Source of the DNA: a virus
Lineage: Duplodnaviria > Caudoviricetes
IMG/VR virus record: IMGVR_UViG_3300033146_001792
Location: 1-52,144 of that record
Strand: one strand, 5' to 3'
DNA: 52,144 nt
Shown here in pieces: positions 39,775 through 49,390 of the stretch; the first letter of the stretch is position 1; the number at the start of each line of letters is the position of its first letter. The notes below the pieces were generated by a model, which was not told where the DNA came from, made no database searches, and saw nothing but the letters and a program-made list of their open reading frames with translations. Made by a program: the position numbers and the translations under genes.

Positions 39775-40024
39775 GATTTAATACGTCCTTTTCAGTAATA
39801 TTTGGAGGCAAATCTTCCCATCCCATTCTTAATTCTCCATATTTACTGTAAAATTTATATTGATGTTTCCAACATTTAGTACATTTTCTTCGGAACCCAC
39901 CTTTATAAGTGTACCAATGATGTTTACATGGACGTATTGATTGATAAAATTCACGAATATGAACACCAAACCAATCATCAGGATCAGGGTAAGAATATAA
40001 CCATTTTTTTAATTTTCTTAACAT
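39761..40024 (-). CDS. Hypothetical protein (CxH/CxxC)
   Basis: Overlaps both neighbours operon-style. Confidence 0.6.
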   Translation of the reverse strand: MLRKLKKWLYSYPDPDDWFGVHIREFYQSIRPCKHHWYTYKGGFRRKCTKCWKHQYKFYSKYGELRMGWEDLPPNITEKDVLNHDHI

Positions 40025-40470
40025 TTTTTATCCTCTTTGTAAAATGTATGATTTCCAATTACAGCAACTTTAATCATTTTTTTAGTCCATACAGGATGTA
40101 CTTTATCATTATGATAATACATTACTCCATGATCTCTTATTTTACTATACAACATCAATGAAAATAAAGCAATAGTTTTAGAACTTGACCACGATTCTTT
40201 ATTAGTAACCTTATCTGATTTTCCATCAGAATACCATGAAAATTGTGAAGGAGAAGTAACGACATCTTTTATTGTTTTGCCCCATTTACCAGAATGAAGA
40301 CGTTCTAATGTAACCATACCAACCATCATTTGCCCAAATAAATCTTCCCCTCGTGCTTCATGATAAATATTTTGAGTAAGCCAATAAATATCAGCTTTAG
40401 ACGGAAAATCCCCTGCAATAGAATTACAAGGGATCATAATCATCAATATGAGTAGTATAATTTTTTTCAT
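40018..40470 (-). CDS. Cell-wall hydrolase, SleB/Hydrolase_2 family
   Basis: NIYHEARGE, VV..PSQFSW, YYH...V.P.W, IGNHxFY; N-terminal signal/anchor. Start at 40470 or 40476. Confidence 0.9.
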   Translation of the reverse strand: MKKIILLILMIMIPCNSIAGDFPSKADIYWLTQNIYHEARGEDLFGQMMVGMVTLERLHSGKWGKTIKDVVTSPSQFSWYSDGKSDKVTNKESWSSSKTIALFSLMLYSKIRDHGVMYYHNDKVHPVWTKKMIKVAVIGNHTFYKEDKKC

Positions 40471-40476
40471 ACTCAT

Positions 40477-40505
40477 ATAATAATCTATTTACATAAAAAT
40501 GTCAA
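40477..40505 (-). promoter_or_regulatory. Sigma70-like promoter for the SleB-gp33-gp59-gp32 unit
   Basis: TTGACA-17 nt-TATTAT on the minus strand. Confidence 0.65.
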
Positions 40506-40511
40506 GAAAAA

Positions 40512-40844
40512 TTAAAGTTTTTTTCTTACTTTACGTCGAACTTTTTTTGCGACATCAACAGGAGGCACAAATTCAAATTCAGTCGTGCCATACAAACTAC
40601 TGTCAGTTCCAGTAAGAGTAATATTAACCTCTGCCCATCCAGCATTTTCGTATATACTTATAATTTGATCTATAAAATGAGAATCAATATTATATTTTAT
40701 TCTTACTCTAATTAATCCAGTAGGTTCTACTTGATTAACTTGTAGTCCATGATTTAAAATTTCGATATAATACCATATTGATTTTGTACTCATATAATCA
40801 ACACGTTTTTCAAGAATATCAGGACTTATTACTTTTTTACTCAT
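40512..40844 (-). CDS. Hypothetical protein
   Basis: 110-aa ORF abutting the upstream stop. Confidence 0.65.
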   Translation of the reverse strand: MSKKVISPDILEKRVDYMSTKSIWYYIEILNHGLQVNQVEPTGLIRVRIKYNIDSHFIDQIISIYENAGWAEVNITLTGTDSSLYGTTEFEFVPPVDVAKKVRRKVRKKL

Positions 40845-43313
40845 TTATATCACCGCACTTTGCATTGTTGTTGCTTCGATTATTATTACAGCTTGATTAT
40901 GTGTTATTACTTGATATTTATATGGCCCATATGAATAAAATGTTCCCGGTGGATATTCTCTTGGTAATGTAATCATAGGAAGAGCAATATCTACATCAAA
41001 TTTTTGTCCTTGAATTATATTTGAAGGAGAAACACCTATAAAATGATCAGTACGTGTAGCTGTAGAATCAATAAGATATACTTTATTTGCGTCACTTACT
41101 CCATATCCAATACCAAAAGCAAAAACAGAACCAAACATTAATGATTGTATTTCAGTATTTGAAGAACCTACTGTAACAATTGATGTATAAGTCAAATCAT
41201 AAGAACCAGTTATTATGCCCTCATATATTTCGATTTTATTATCTGTTGTTAAAATAGTTGAATATCCTATTCCAGAACCAGTTTTAATCAAATCTCCCCA
41301 TTTTCCTGACATAGAACTTCCATATACAACAGGAGTCCCCATAGATGATCCTGAAGAATATGACGCTTTATATGTCTGAATATTTCCATTATGTTCAAAT
41401 TGAGACATAATGTTACCAGCTTGAACTTGTAATCCACAATGATTTGAACAATTAGATACTGTTTTAGTTCCTGTTTGATCATCATATCGACCAGTACCCC
41501 AAAATGGTTTATTCCATGCCGCCTCTTCCCATACAGAACTTGTTCCATTTATACCAGTAACAATAACATTTCCACCTTCACCAACACAACGTACCTGTGT
41601 TCCTGAAAACATAGAGATTGCCCCATACGCAGGACTATCAAGATTATTTCCTGATACTTCACAATATCTATTATAAACTGTTCCACTTTGACTATATACA
41701 CCTATGAGATTTCCTTCATCAGAATCATATGTACAATCTACTCCAAGAGTTACTGAAGCATTACCAATAGTTCTTGTTGTTCCTACAGATGGAGTTGAAC
41801 TAATTCCATTATTCTGAACAACTCCCATATTAGTTCCACCAGTATCCGACCATATAAATCCAGCTCTTCCACTATCAACCTGACATAATCTCATAGCATT
41901 GATAGCAGACCCCGCAGTAAATGTATATTTAGGTGAATATGAAACAGACCCATCAGAATTACCTTGTGCTGTAATAAAATTGATAATATTTGTAGATGTA
42001 CTATTTACCCATGCAATTATACCTTGATTATTAGAAGAATTTAAAAATATAGCACTATGAAGAATTACGGTATCTGTTGTATATTGAGAATTACCTTCTC
42101 CACCAGTAGCAGGATATTTTTGCATATTACCATTTACATCCATTGATAACTCATCACCCATCGTTAAATCTTCTGCTGCCATTGTATGAAGTAAATATTG
42201 AGGAACCAAAGTAAGATCAATAGGAGAAACTGTATTTCCAGAGTCACTATTTATAGTAGAAATAATATCAGCAAGAGCTTTATTTTTAAAATCTTCTGCC
42301 AATTTACTAATAATAACTTGACCTAATAATATACTTCTACCAGCAACATTTGACCCCGGAGCAAATGAAAAATTATCTTTATCTTTATCTAAATTTCTAA
42401 AAGCATTAGCAAAATCAATATATGCTGTTTGCCCCATTTGAATACTATAACCACTCGCAGAATAAAACACATAATGAATAACAGCTTCACCACCAGTTAA
42501 AGGAGTATGACTTCCAGCATTATCATAATATTTTGGAATATTAATTTGAGGACTCATTACTGGTTTAGCATTCATATTAAATATTTGAAATGTAATTGGA
42601 TTACTACTTCCACCAGATTGAGGTATATTTAAAATATTTTGATTTTTTGGATCATTATACCAATTAATACCCGGAATAAATATTTTTCCTTTTTCACAAT
42701 ACAATCGCAAACCACTACTACAAGATTGTAATCTCATTCCTTCTGTTTTTGAACTATCATTTATAGCATAAAATAAATCACCAAGATCACTTGAAGATTG
42801 TCCTATAATATGTGGTGCCATAATTACACTAACTATAGAATTCAAACTTATTTCTGCCCAACCAAGACGAATATAATCATAAATCAACTTATATTGAATA
42901 TTTTGAACTGGTTCTGATAATACAACACCATTAGAATCAACAAAAATCATATGTAATTCTTGTGTATCAATATGTTCAGGACTAATTACTATTGTTTGAT
43001 TATTCCAAGATACATCAGTTCGCTGAATATTAAAAGGATCGGTTATAGAATTTATAATTATTCCCGTACCACTAATTACATCAACATCAAGATTTCCAGT
43101 TCCTTTAGATATTTGACCACCATTATATAATCCAGACCCCATAGGTTCACGATAATTATCATTATTACCTAATTCATTCGGATTTCCACTAGAATCACCT
43201 ATCCATAACAATTTATCAGGAATATTTACCGCAAGTTCTCCTTCACTCAATGAAGCAGAAGCAGGAATAGTACCAGCAGTAATACTTCTTCTTATCTTTA
43301 AAATATCAGCCAT
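40845..43313 (-). CDS. Fibre-like structural protein with Mtd_N-like N-terminus
   Basis: IxIRRS....P..L.EGELAVN..D..LWIGD N-terminus; beta-rich C-terminal half. Confidence 0.7.
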   Translation of the reverse strand: MADILKIRRSITAGTIPASASLSEGELAVNIPDKLLWIGDSSGNPNELGNNDNYREPMGSGLYNGGQISKGTGNLDVDVISGTGIIINSITDPFNIQRTDVSWNNQTIVISPEHIDTQELHMIFVDSNGVVLSEPVQNIQYKLIYDYIRLGWAEISLNSIVSVIMAPHIIGQSSSDLGDLFYAINDSSKTEGMRLQSCSSGLRLYCEKGKIFIPGINWYNDPKNQNILNIPQSGGSSNPITFQIFNMNAKPVMSPQINIPKYYDNAGSHTPLTGGEAVIHYVFYSASGYSIQMGQTAYIDFANAFRNLDKDKDNFSFAPGSNVAGRSILLGQVIISKLAEDFKNKALADIISTINSDSGNTVSPIDLTLVPQYLLHTMAAEDLTMGDELSMDVNGNMQKYPATGGEGNSQYTTDTVILHSAIFLNSSNNQGIIAWVNSTSTNIINFITAQGNSDGSVSYSPKYTFTAGSAINAMRLCQVDSGRAGFIWSDTGGTNMGVVQNNGISSTPSVGTTRTIGNASVTLGVDCTYDSDEGNLIGVYSQSGTVYNRYCEVSGNNLDSPAYGAISMFSGTQVRCVGEGGNVIVTGINGTSSVWEEAAWNKPFWGTGRYDDQTGTKTVSNCSNHCGLQVQAGNIMSQFEHNGNIQTYKASYSSGSSMGTPVVYGSSMSGKWGDLIKTGSGIGYSTILTTDNKIEIYEGIITGSYDLTYTSIVTVGSSNTEIQSLMFGSVFAFGIGYGVSDANKVYLIDSTATRTDHFIGVSPSNIIQGQKFDVDIALPMITLPREYPPGTFYSYGPYKYQVITHNQAVIIIEATTMQSAVI

Positions 43314-43325
43314 TATATACCCTTA

Positions 43326-43697
43326 TTAGAATATACCGCCATCATGACCATGTTGATCAGGTGGAAAAGTTGAAGGAATATTACCAAGATTTCCCCAATT
43401 AGTATTATGAGGATTATTTGTATCAGAAGTATGAGCACTTAAATCAGTAACAACTTCATCAATAGCCGCCTGAACGTCTGTTGCTGTTAAACCAGAAGAT
43501 GTATTATCATATACAACATCATCCGCATTTATTATTTGAGTACCATTATCAATAATTAAAATTGGATTACCAGTTGCATCACCAATCCATCCTTTTTTAT
43601 CAGGAATATTTACTGCCATCTCACCTTCTGATAAACTTCCCGCACCCGGAACAGTACCAGTTGTTAAACTTCTTTTTATTTGAATTATGTCAGCCAT
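43326..43697 (-). CDS. Short fibre-like protein with Mtd_N-like N-terminus
   Basis: N-terminus paralogous to 40845-43313; SGLTATDVQAAIDE and H..DTNNPH fibre motifs. Confidence 0.72.
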   Translation of the reverse strand: MADIIQIKRSLTTGTVPGAGSLSEGEMAVNIPDKKGWIGDATGNPILIIDNGTQIINADDVVYDNTSSGLTATDVQAAIDEVVTDLSAHTSDTNNPHNTNWGNLGNIPSTFPPDQHGHDGGIF

Positions 43698-44075
43698 TTA
43701 AAATAAGCCTCCGTCTATATTATTATTTTCGTCTTGCCAATCAGCATCACCATTAGCATTTGACATTTTCATCAATACCTGACCAGTTAATCCGCCCGGA
43801 GGTAAAGACCCACCAGAACCAGAAAAAATAGTCCAATCTGTATCATTTGATCCTGTTTTTTTATAAAGATTACCATTACTGGAAAAATAAGCAGAACCTT
43901 CATTAGCTTCAAATCCAGAAACGGAAGGATCAAGCGTACCACCTGTTATGGTAGTTTCGTCAGCACAAATTATACCAAGACATTGAAGAATATCATTAAA
44001 AGGATTTGCCTCTTCACGATATTCAAGATCAATACCATTTCTTTCTGAAACTGTAGGTTTTGCTACTGAAGCCAT
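43698..44075 (-). CDS. Fibre-like structural protein
   Basis: LPPGGxTGQVLxK.S...D..W motif; ends IDGGLF. Confidence 0.68.
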   Translation of the reverse strand: MASVAKPTVSERNGIDLEYREEANPFNDILQCLGIICADETTITGGTLDPSVSGFEANEGSAYFSSNGNLYKKTGSNDTDWTIFSGSGGSLPPGGLTGQVLMKMSNANGDADWQDENNNIDGGLF

Positions 44076-44077
44076 TA

Positions 44078-44668
44078 TTATGCTCTTTGTATTTGTGTTG
44101 TTGCTGGTTTAAAGTCAATATGAGTTCCATCAGAACTATTTCCAAGAACTTGTACCAATCCAGTAGAAGGTAATGAGTCAGATAATTCTCCTAACGTTCC
44201 TCTATATATTTTTGAACCTGTAGAATATCCAGAAAGACCTGTTAATGGCCCTAAAAACATTATTTCCGCTGTAGTTGAAGAAGGTTTTGACAATACAATC
44301 CCAACTACAAGTCTCTTATCAGTATTATTTATGACCTCATCTACACCTTGTGCTACAGTTTTTGATTCATGAACTAAATCTCCAACAGCAAGAGAAGAAT
44401 CACATGGTCGAATATCAATTACACTATTCGCATCACCACCAGAACCACCAGAAGTAAATAATTGCCAATTATAACCATTCGCATTAGGATTGACTTCTAA
44501 TTGTTCGTATCTGTCTCCATTGTTATTATCTTTGTAAAAAGAACCAAAAGGAGCAGGAGTACCAGTATTTGAAGGAGGCCCGTTACCTTTTAAGAGAATT
44601 TGACGGTTTGAAAATTCCGCATTATTCTGATTAGTATGATCTAACCATTGTTGATCTGTTACAGCCAT
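44078..44668 (-). CDS. Structural protein with capsid-cement (DUF2190-like) C-terminus
   Basis: LAVGDLV..VVGIV..G...GL...G..IY...G.L; start moved to 44668 (MAVTD) to remove the overlap. Confidence 0.6.
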   Translation of the reverse strand: MAVTDQQWLDHTNQNNAEFSNRQILLKGNGPPSNTGTPAPFGSFYKDNNNGDRYEQLEVNPNANGYNWQLFTSGGSGGDANSVIDIRPCDSSLAVGDLVHESKTVAQGVDEVINNTDKRLVVGIVLSKPSSTTAEIMFLGPLTGLSGYSTGSKIYRGTLGELSDSLPSTGLVQVLGNSSDGTHIDFKPATTQIQRA

Positions 44669-44669
44669 C

Positions 44670-46289
44670 TTACACATCCTCCCTGATTCTGATAAAAGAT
44701 AGTCCAGTTGTATTATTCTGAACCTCACTTACATCATTCCAATAAAGGATATTTCCGGTATTGTTTATTACGCCCGAAGGACTTGTAAATGAATAACCCC
44801 TCACATGATCATTAAGATCACCAAAAAATGTCATAGCAATTAAATCTTTATCAACAGCTACCACTTTAGCAGAATCACTAACATTAACACCCATAGATTT
44901 TTCATTTGCTTGAGGATCAAAGTACATATCACGTTCAACAAATCCACCAAGAGTATAATTATCATCTCCGGTAATAATATTAGTTGTTTTACCTGCCATA
45001 TTTACCGCTGATAATGATTGCCATTGATAAGTTCCTTTGGTATCATTATCATGAACTCCAAGAGAAGCTGTAAATGTTGATCCGGGGGTAGCTCCGTTAA
45101 AACTACTTAAAGTTCCCATAGGAGCACTTAAAGTAGGATTTGCTCTCAATAATTGATCAGAAACCATAGTAATTGTATGATTTTGTATTTGAGTGCTATC
45201 ATTTCCGCCCGATCTTAACCTTGTAGCTGGTTCACTTATATGTATTACAGCATCTACATGAGCAATATATACTACAGTTGAAGCATTTGTCACTGAACCG
45301 TTAGCGTTTCTTACTGCTATTGCTGATAAATTATCAGTGCTCACATTATAATCACCAGCAATTCGTGTAACTGTTTTTGGTGTTTCATCTACAGTAGCAT
45401 TTGTAATAGACAATTGAGCATTAGGTGAAGTATATGTAATCGTATCTAAATCTGAAGTTGTAACAGAAACATTTGCTGTTTCACTATCTTTTAGAGCATT
45501 ATATCCAGAAGAATAACTAATTGAACCAAAAGTTACTGTAGGATGTAAATCATTACAAACAATTGTATTTACACCATCTGTACTTCCAGCCACATTAGTA
45601 TCAACATAATCACCAAATGTTCCAAATGCGTTTTTTGCTCTTACTCTTGCGGGAAATGATTGAGGGGAAGTTCCTGTTGAATCTACTGTTCCTGTAACTG
45701 TAACTTGATACGATCCATCCCATGTTACAGATTCAGTTTTATATTTCATTGCTCCATAATTTGCTATTTCAACATCAGAAGGTTCAGAACCAGTTCCATC
45801 AAAAGTAATTTTTATTTGAAAGGTATCATTCTCTTTTACTTCTGTTTGAGAACCCGGATAACCACCAGTGAATTCGGCAGTAAGAATTTTTGGCCCTACT
45901 CCTTGCATGGTAACAGGAACCGCAACTCCTGTACCTTCATTATGAAGAGCAATCAAGTATAACATTCCATTTAGGTCAACATTAGCAGACCCGGTAAAAC
46001 GTCTTGTATCACCTATTCTTGTTCCATTTGTAACAGGAACAATATCAACTTCTACACTACCATTCCAATCATAAGCAACACCATCCCATTCTACAGTAAC
46101 AGTAAGTAATTCTGTATCTGTTTCAATGGATTCAACTATTTGTTTTCCTATTGTATTTGATTTCCATGTGATATTAACGACATTAGCACTATCTTGAGGA
46201 ACAACATTAGTGATAAATACACCACCATCCATTCCTTCAGAATAATCACCATTATCATCTACATAGAGAAATCTTGCTTTATATGCCAT
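44670..46289 (-). CDS. Beta-rich (Ig-like) structural protein
   Basis: 539 aa, Thr/Ser/Val-rich; AGGA RBS; within the late fibre cluster. Confidence 0.68.
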   Translation of the reverse strand: MAYKARFLYVDDNGDYSEGMDGGVFITNVVPQDSANVVNITWKSNTIGKQIVESIETDTELLTVTVEWDGVAYDWNGSVEVDIVPVTNGTRIGDTRRFTGSANVDLNGMLYLIALHNEGTGVAVPVTMQGVGPKILTAEFTGGYPGSQTEVKENDTFQIKITFDGTGSEPSDVEIANYGAMKYKTESVTWDGSYQVTVTGTVDSTGTSPQSFPARVRAKNAFGTFGDYVDTNVAGSTDGVNTIVCNDLHPTVTFGSISYSSGYNALKDSETANVSVTTSDLDTITYTSPNAQLSITNATVDETPKTVTRIAGDYNVSTDNLSAIAVRNANGSVTNASTVVYIAHVDAVIHISEPATRLRSGGNDSTQIQNHTITMVSDQLLRANPTLSAPMGTLSSFNGATPGSTFTASLGVHDNDTKGTYQWQSLSAVNMAGKTTNIITGDDNYTLGGFVERDMYFDPQANEKSMGVNVSDSAKVVAVDKDLIAMTFFGDLNDHVRGYSFTSPSGVINNTGNILYWNDVSEVQNNTTGLSFIRIREDV

Positions 46290-46309
46290 ATATTTATCCT
46301 GTAGGTATT

Positions 46310-46344
46310 AAAAAAGGGAGAGAGAATCTAATCCTCTCTCCCTT
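46310..46344 (-). terminator. Intrinsic terminator
   Basis: AAGGGAGAGAG/CTCTCTCCCTT 11-bp stem followed by a U-tract on the minus strand. Confidence 0.85.
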
Positions 46345-46376
46345 ATATTTATCATCAATATAAAAGTTATGTATGA

Positions 46377-47741
46377 TTAAGCACTGTTACGTTTAATAAA
46401 TTCAACTTCTACATAAGCATCAGTTGCATTTTTAGCCGCACCAAGTCTCCATACATAAGAACCACCACCTGAAGGAATACTTGTTGTCCAAGCACTACCA
46501 CTCCAATACTGTTTCTGACCAGCAGTTCCACCAGTAATTATACCAGTAAGAACAGTGTTATCTTTCAAAACATCAACAGAAGTACCAGAAAGAGCGTCAT
46601 CTTTAGCAACACCGATAGCATAATTACTCATACCAACGCCAAGAATTGAAACTGTATTTGCCGCTGAAATATAAACAAGATCACCCTTTGTAATAGCTTC
46701 ACCAGCAGTAAATGCCAATGAATCAGCAGGAGGCGCAGAAGCAAGTTCCGCAAGAGCACCTTCAACATCATCAGCAGTAAAATATCCACCAGTATCTTCA
46801 ATACCTACAATAGCCGCACCCGCTCCATTTGCTGTAGAAGCCAAAGTAGAAGCCTTAAAAGCAAGGGAATCAGCACTGTCAATAGTAAATGTAGAAGCCC
46901 ATTGGATAGCTAATTCATCACTGGATGTTCCAAGAAACGCAAGACCGGAATCTGTATCAAGAATATCAACAGAAATTGTTTTATTACCATGATCAAGTAC
47001 AATACCGACATCACCGGAATATTGAGCAGGACTATTAAGAACATCAAAAATAATCGCATCAGTTCCAATAATATGCTCTCCGTTTGTATCAGTACCGTTA
47101 GATACGATTACAAAAGAAAAACCAGCATATGTTGTACCTTCCTGATTTTCAGGAACATAATCACCATTATAAATTTCACCACTTGCTGTACCATCAAAAT
47201 CAGCAGAACGTGTCATTGCTGAACCAGCACCATTCCAATCATAAATACCATTTTCTTTATTATCAGTCTGCATCCAAACCATTACACGATCACCATTTGC
47301 CATTGCTACACCGTCAATATTGGCAGGAGCAGAAGCAAGATCAATGTTACCTGAAGTTGCTACACGAGTATTAGCATGTGGTTTAAGACCTTGAGCAATC
47401 AGATCAACATACGCCTTTGTAGCCGCATCTTGAGCATTAACAGGATCAAGAACACCTGTAATAAGGTTTCCACCCATTGCCTGATTACCCGTAAACGCAC
47501 GAGTACCATCCACAAGAATATATTGTGTATGGTCATCGTCACCAAGACCACCTAAACTACCATGATCTAAACCGGATTCGTCAATCATAGACGCATCAAT
47601 TACACCAGCCGCATCAAGAACAATAGGTTTTCCCGCATCAGCCGCACCAGCAGATGAATTAATAAAATCTGTTTGTTCGTAAGCACCCGGAGTTTCTTGA
47701 TAGTCACCATCTGAGTTGACAAAAATAAATTTTTGTGACAT
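46377..47741 (-). CDS. Head/tail fibre protein with DUF2190-like C-terminus
   Basis: DDHTQY, DPVNAQDAATKAYVD, IDGV....GDRV....QT..ENGIY, AGEAITKGDLVY..AIGVA motifs. Confidence 0.75.
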   Translation of the reverse strand: MSQKFIFVNSDGDYQETPGAYEQTDFINSSAGAADAGKPIVLDAAGVIDASMIDESGLDHGSLGGLGDDDHTQYILVDGTRAFTGNQAMGGNLITGVLDPVNAQDAATKAYVDLIAQGLKPHANTRVATSGNIDLASAPANIDGVAMANGDRVMVWMQTDNKENGIYDWNGAGSAMTRSADFDGTASGEIYNGDYVPENQEGTTYAGFSFVIVSNGTDTNGEHIIGTDAIIFDVLNSPAQYSGDVGIVLDHGNKTISVDILDTDSGLAFLGTSSDELAIQWASTFTIDSADSLAFKASTLASTANGAGAAIVGIEDTGGYFTADDVEGALAELASAPPADSLAFTAGEAITKGDLVYISAANTVSILGVGMSNYAIGVAKDDALSGTSVDVLKDNTVLTGIITGGTAGQKQYWSGSAWTTSIPSGGGSYVWRLGAAKNATDAYVEVEFIKRNSA

Positions 47742-47785
47742 ATTTTTTCTCCTATGTTAAATTTAACAGTAAAATTACTTACTAT

Positions 47786-47793
47786 TATTTATA
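47786..47793 (-). promoter_or_regulatory. T4-type late promoter TATAAATA
   Basis: Exact motif upstream of 47741 (AGGAG RBS). Confidence 0.75.
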
Positions 47794-47799
47794 ACATCA

Positions 47800-48318
47800 C
47801 TACTTATCATCGACTACAATTTCTCCTGATTCTGGATTGTAGCCCCATTGTTTTCCTTTTAGGGATGTATGTTGTTTTGAAATGTCAAGTAAGAACTGTT
47901 TACTTTCATCTTTAAACTCTTCAGATGCTTTTGTATTCTGAATAGCATGGTATTCAACAATCATCATATCACGTTCAAGAGTTTCTTTTTTAGCATCCAA
48001 AAGAGCCTGTTGAGTTTTGATCAATTGAACCTTCATATCAATCATTTTTTTTTCTTTTTCAAACGCTTTATGCTTTTCAGCATTTAGATTGATACGAGCT
48101 AATTCATATTCAGTAAGAAAAATTCTACCTTCATCGGCTGGATCAGGTACAAATTCTTGTTGAAAAACATTTTCTTTTTCTACCCATCCATCTTTTGAAT
48201 CATCATACTCTATTTCTTTTTCTTTCATAGCTTCATCATATTCAGTTTCTTCAAGCATATAATCTTTATTTGTTATTTCATTTTCAGCCATGTGTTCTTC
48301 TCTACTTCCAGCAATCAT
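47800..48318 (-). CDS. Hypothetical acidic/coiled-coil protein (possible fibre chaperone)
   Basis: AGGAG RBS; heptad-rich centre. Confidence 0.65.
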   Translation of the reverse strand: MIAGSREEHMAENEITNKDYMLEETEYDEAMKEKEIEYDDSKDGWVEKENVFQQEFVPDPADEGRIFLTEYELARINLNAEKHKAFEKEKKMIDMKVQLIKTQQALLDAKKETLERDMMIVEYHAIQNTKASEEFKDESKQFLLDISKQHTSLKGKQWGYNPESGEIVVDDK

Positions 48319-48329
48319 AATTTCTCCTT

Positions 48330-48935
48330 TTAAATTAATGATAATCGTTTACATCTTCTTAATTCTGGATTGAAATATACCCGATTTTCGGATATAGCGA
48401 TCCCTAAAACCTGAAGATAATTTTCCATCATAACACTACTTGTAAATGAACCATTTTCACTTACAAAAATCTTTTTACCCCTTTCTAAAATTTCTGATAC
48501 ATTAAAAAAACCAGCATGAGAAACTTCAACTGTAGTAGCACTCAATACTTTAGTAACAATTCCTATTACTGGACTTTCTGTATCATTACTCGTTGCCTTG
48601 AAAACATATCTATTAATAGCAAGAGAAGGATATACCAAATCATCTACAACAAGTGTTCCATCACAATTATATATTTCTGTAAGCGAAGTATCACCACCAC
48701 CTGAAGGTGGACATATACATCCATCATCCAGTGTTACATCAATATGATCTTCAACAAGATCAATAGAAAATATATCCTCAACTAAATTGACATTGAGATT
48801 TTCTTCTACAATATCAACATCAATATGATCCTCTACTAATTTAGCATCAATATGATCCTCTACAATATCAAAAGATAGATCATCTTCAACTATATTGATC
48901 TGGATAATTATGTCTCCGATTGTCGTATAAGACAT
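48330..48935 (-). CDS. Structural protein with 9-residue VEDxID repeats and DUF2190-like C-terminus
   Basis: Six (I/L)VExxxxxx repeats; C-terminus resembles 44078-44668. Confidence 0.65.
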   Translation of the reverse strand: MSYTTIGDIIIQINIVEDDLSFDIVEDHIDAKLVEDHIDVDIVEENLNVNLVEDIFSIDLVEDHIDVTLDDGCICPPSGGGDTSLTEIYNCDGTLVVDDLVYPSLAINRYVFKATSNDTESPVIGIVTKVLSATTVEVSHAGFFNVSEILERGKKIFVSENGSFTSSVMMENYLQVLGIAISENRVYFNPELRRCKRLSLI

Positions 48936-48944
48936 TTTTTACCC

Positions 48945-49346
48945 TTATGATGTTTTAATTGTTACATCTTCAAGAACTTTGAATTTTCCTTCTACAAGTG
49001 TTTTAACAAGAGCAGGATTACCCGGATTTTGTGGATCATCTTGATCACCGACTACCTGTATATCATATACATATGATTTAATATTAAATAGCTCTGTATC
49101 AGTAGGAGGCATATAAATTTCAGCCTTATATCCTATTACTTCAGTACCATCAAGAACTTCTTCCACTAAATCAGAAGTCTGAAAAACGCACTGATTTTCT
49201 GGATCACCACATTCAATATCATCTTTAGCATTTTTCATGGTAAACCAAACCATTCCGTTATTTACCATAGACGCATTAGCGGAAAAGTTGACTGTAATTG
49301 TCTTACTATCCCCTCTATAAATCTCTAAATTTTTTTTATCTGCCAC
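48945..49346 (-). CDS. BppU-like Ig-fold structural protein
   Basis: GTG start with AGGAG RBS; IYRGDS...WFTMK...DT...YVYDIQ...TLVEGKF. Confidence 0.7.
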   Translation of the reverse strand: MADKKNLEIYRGDSKTITVNFSANASMVNNGMVWFTMKNAKDDIECGDPENQCVFQTSDLVEEVLDGTEVIGYKAEIYMPPTDTELFNIKSYVYDIQVVGDQDDPQNPGNPALVKTLVEGKFKVLEDVTIKTS

Positions 49347-49382
49347 AATAGTATCTCCTTATTATCAAGCGAATTATACTAT

Positions 49383-49390
49383 TATTTATA
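49383..49390 (-). promoter_or_regulatory. T4-type late promoter TATAAATA
   Basis: Exact motif upstream of 49346; overlaps the TAA of the ArfA-like ORF. Confidence 0.75.

Noticed and set aside
13089-48704. Many 60-120 aa ORFs nested in or antisense to large structural genes
   Set aside because: No RBS or motif support; expected shadows in AT-rich coding DNA
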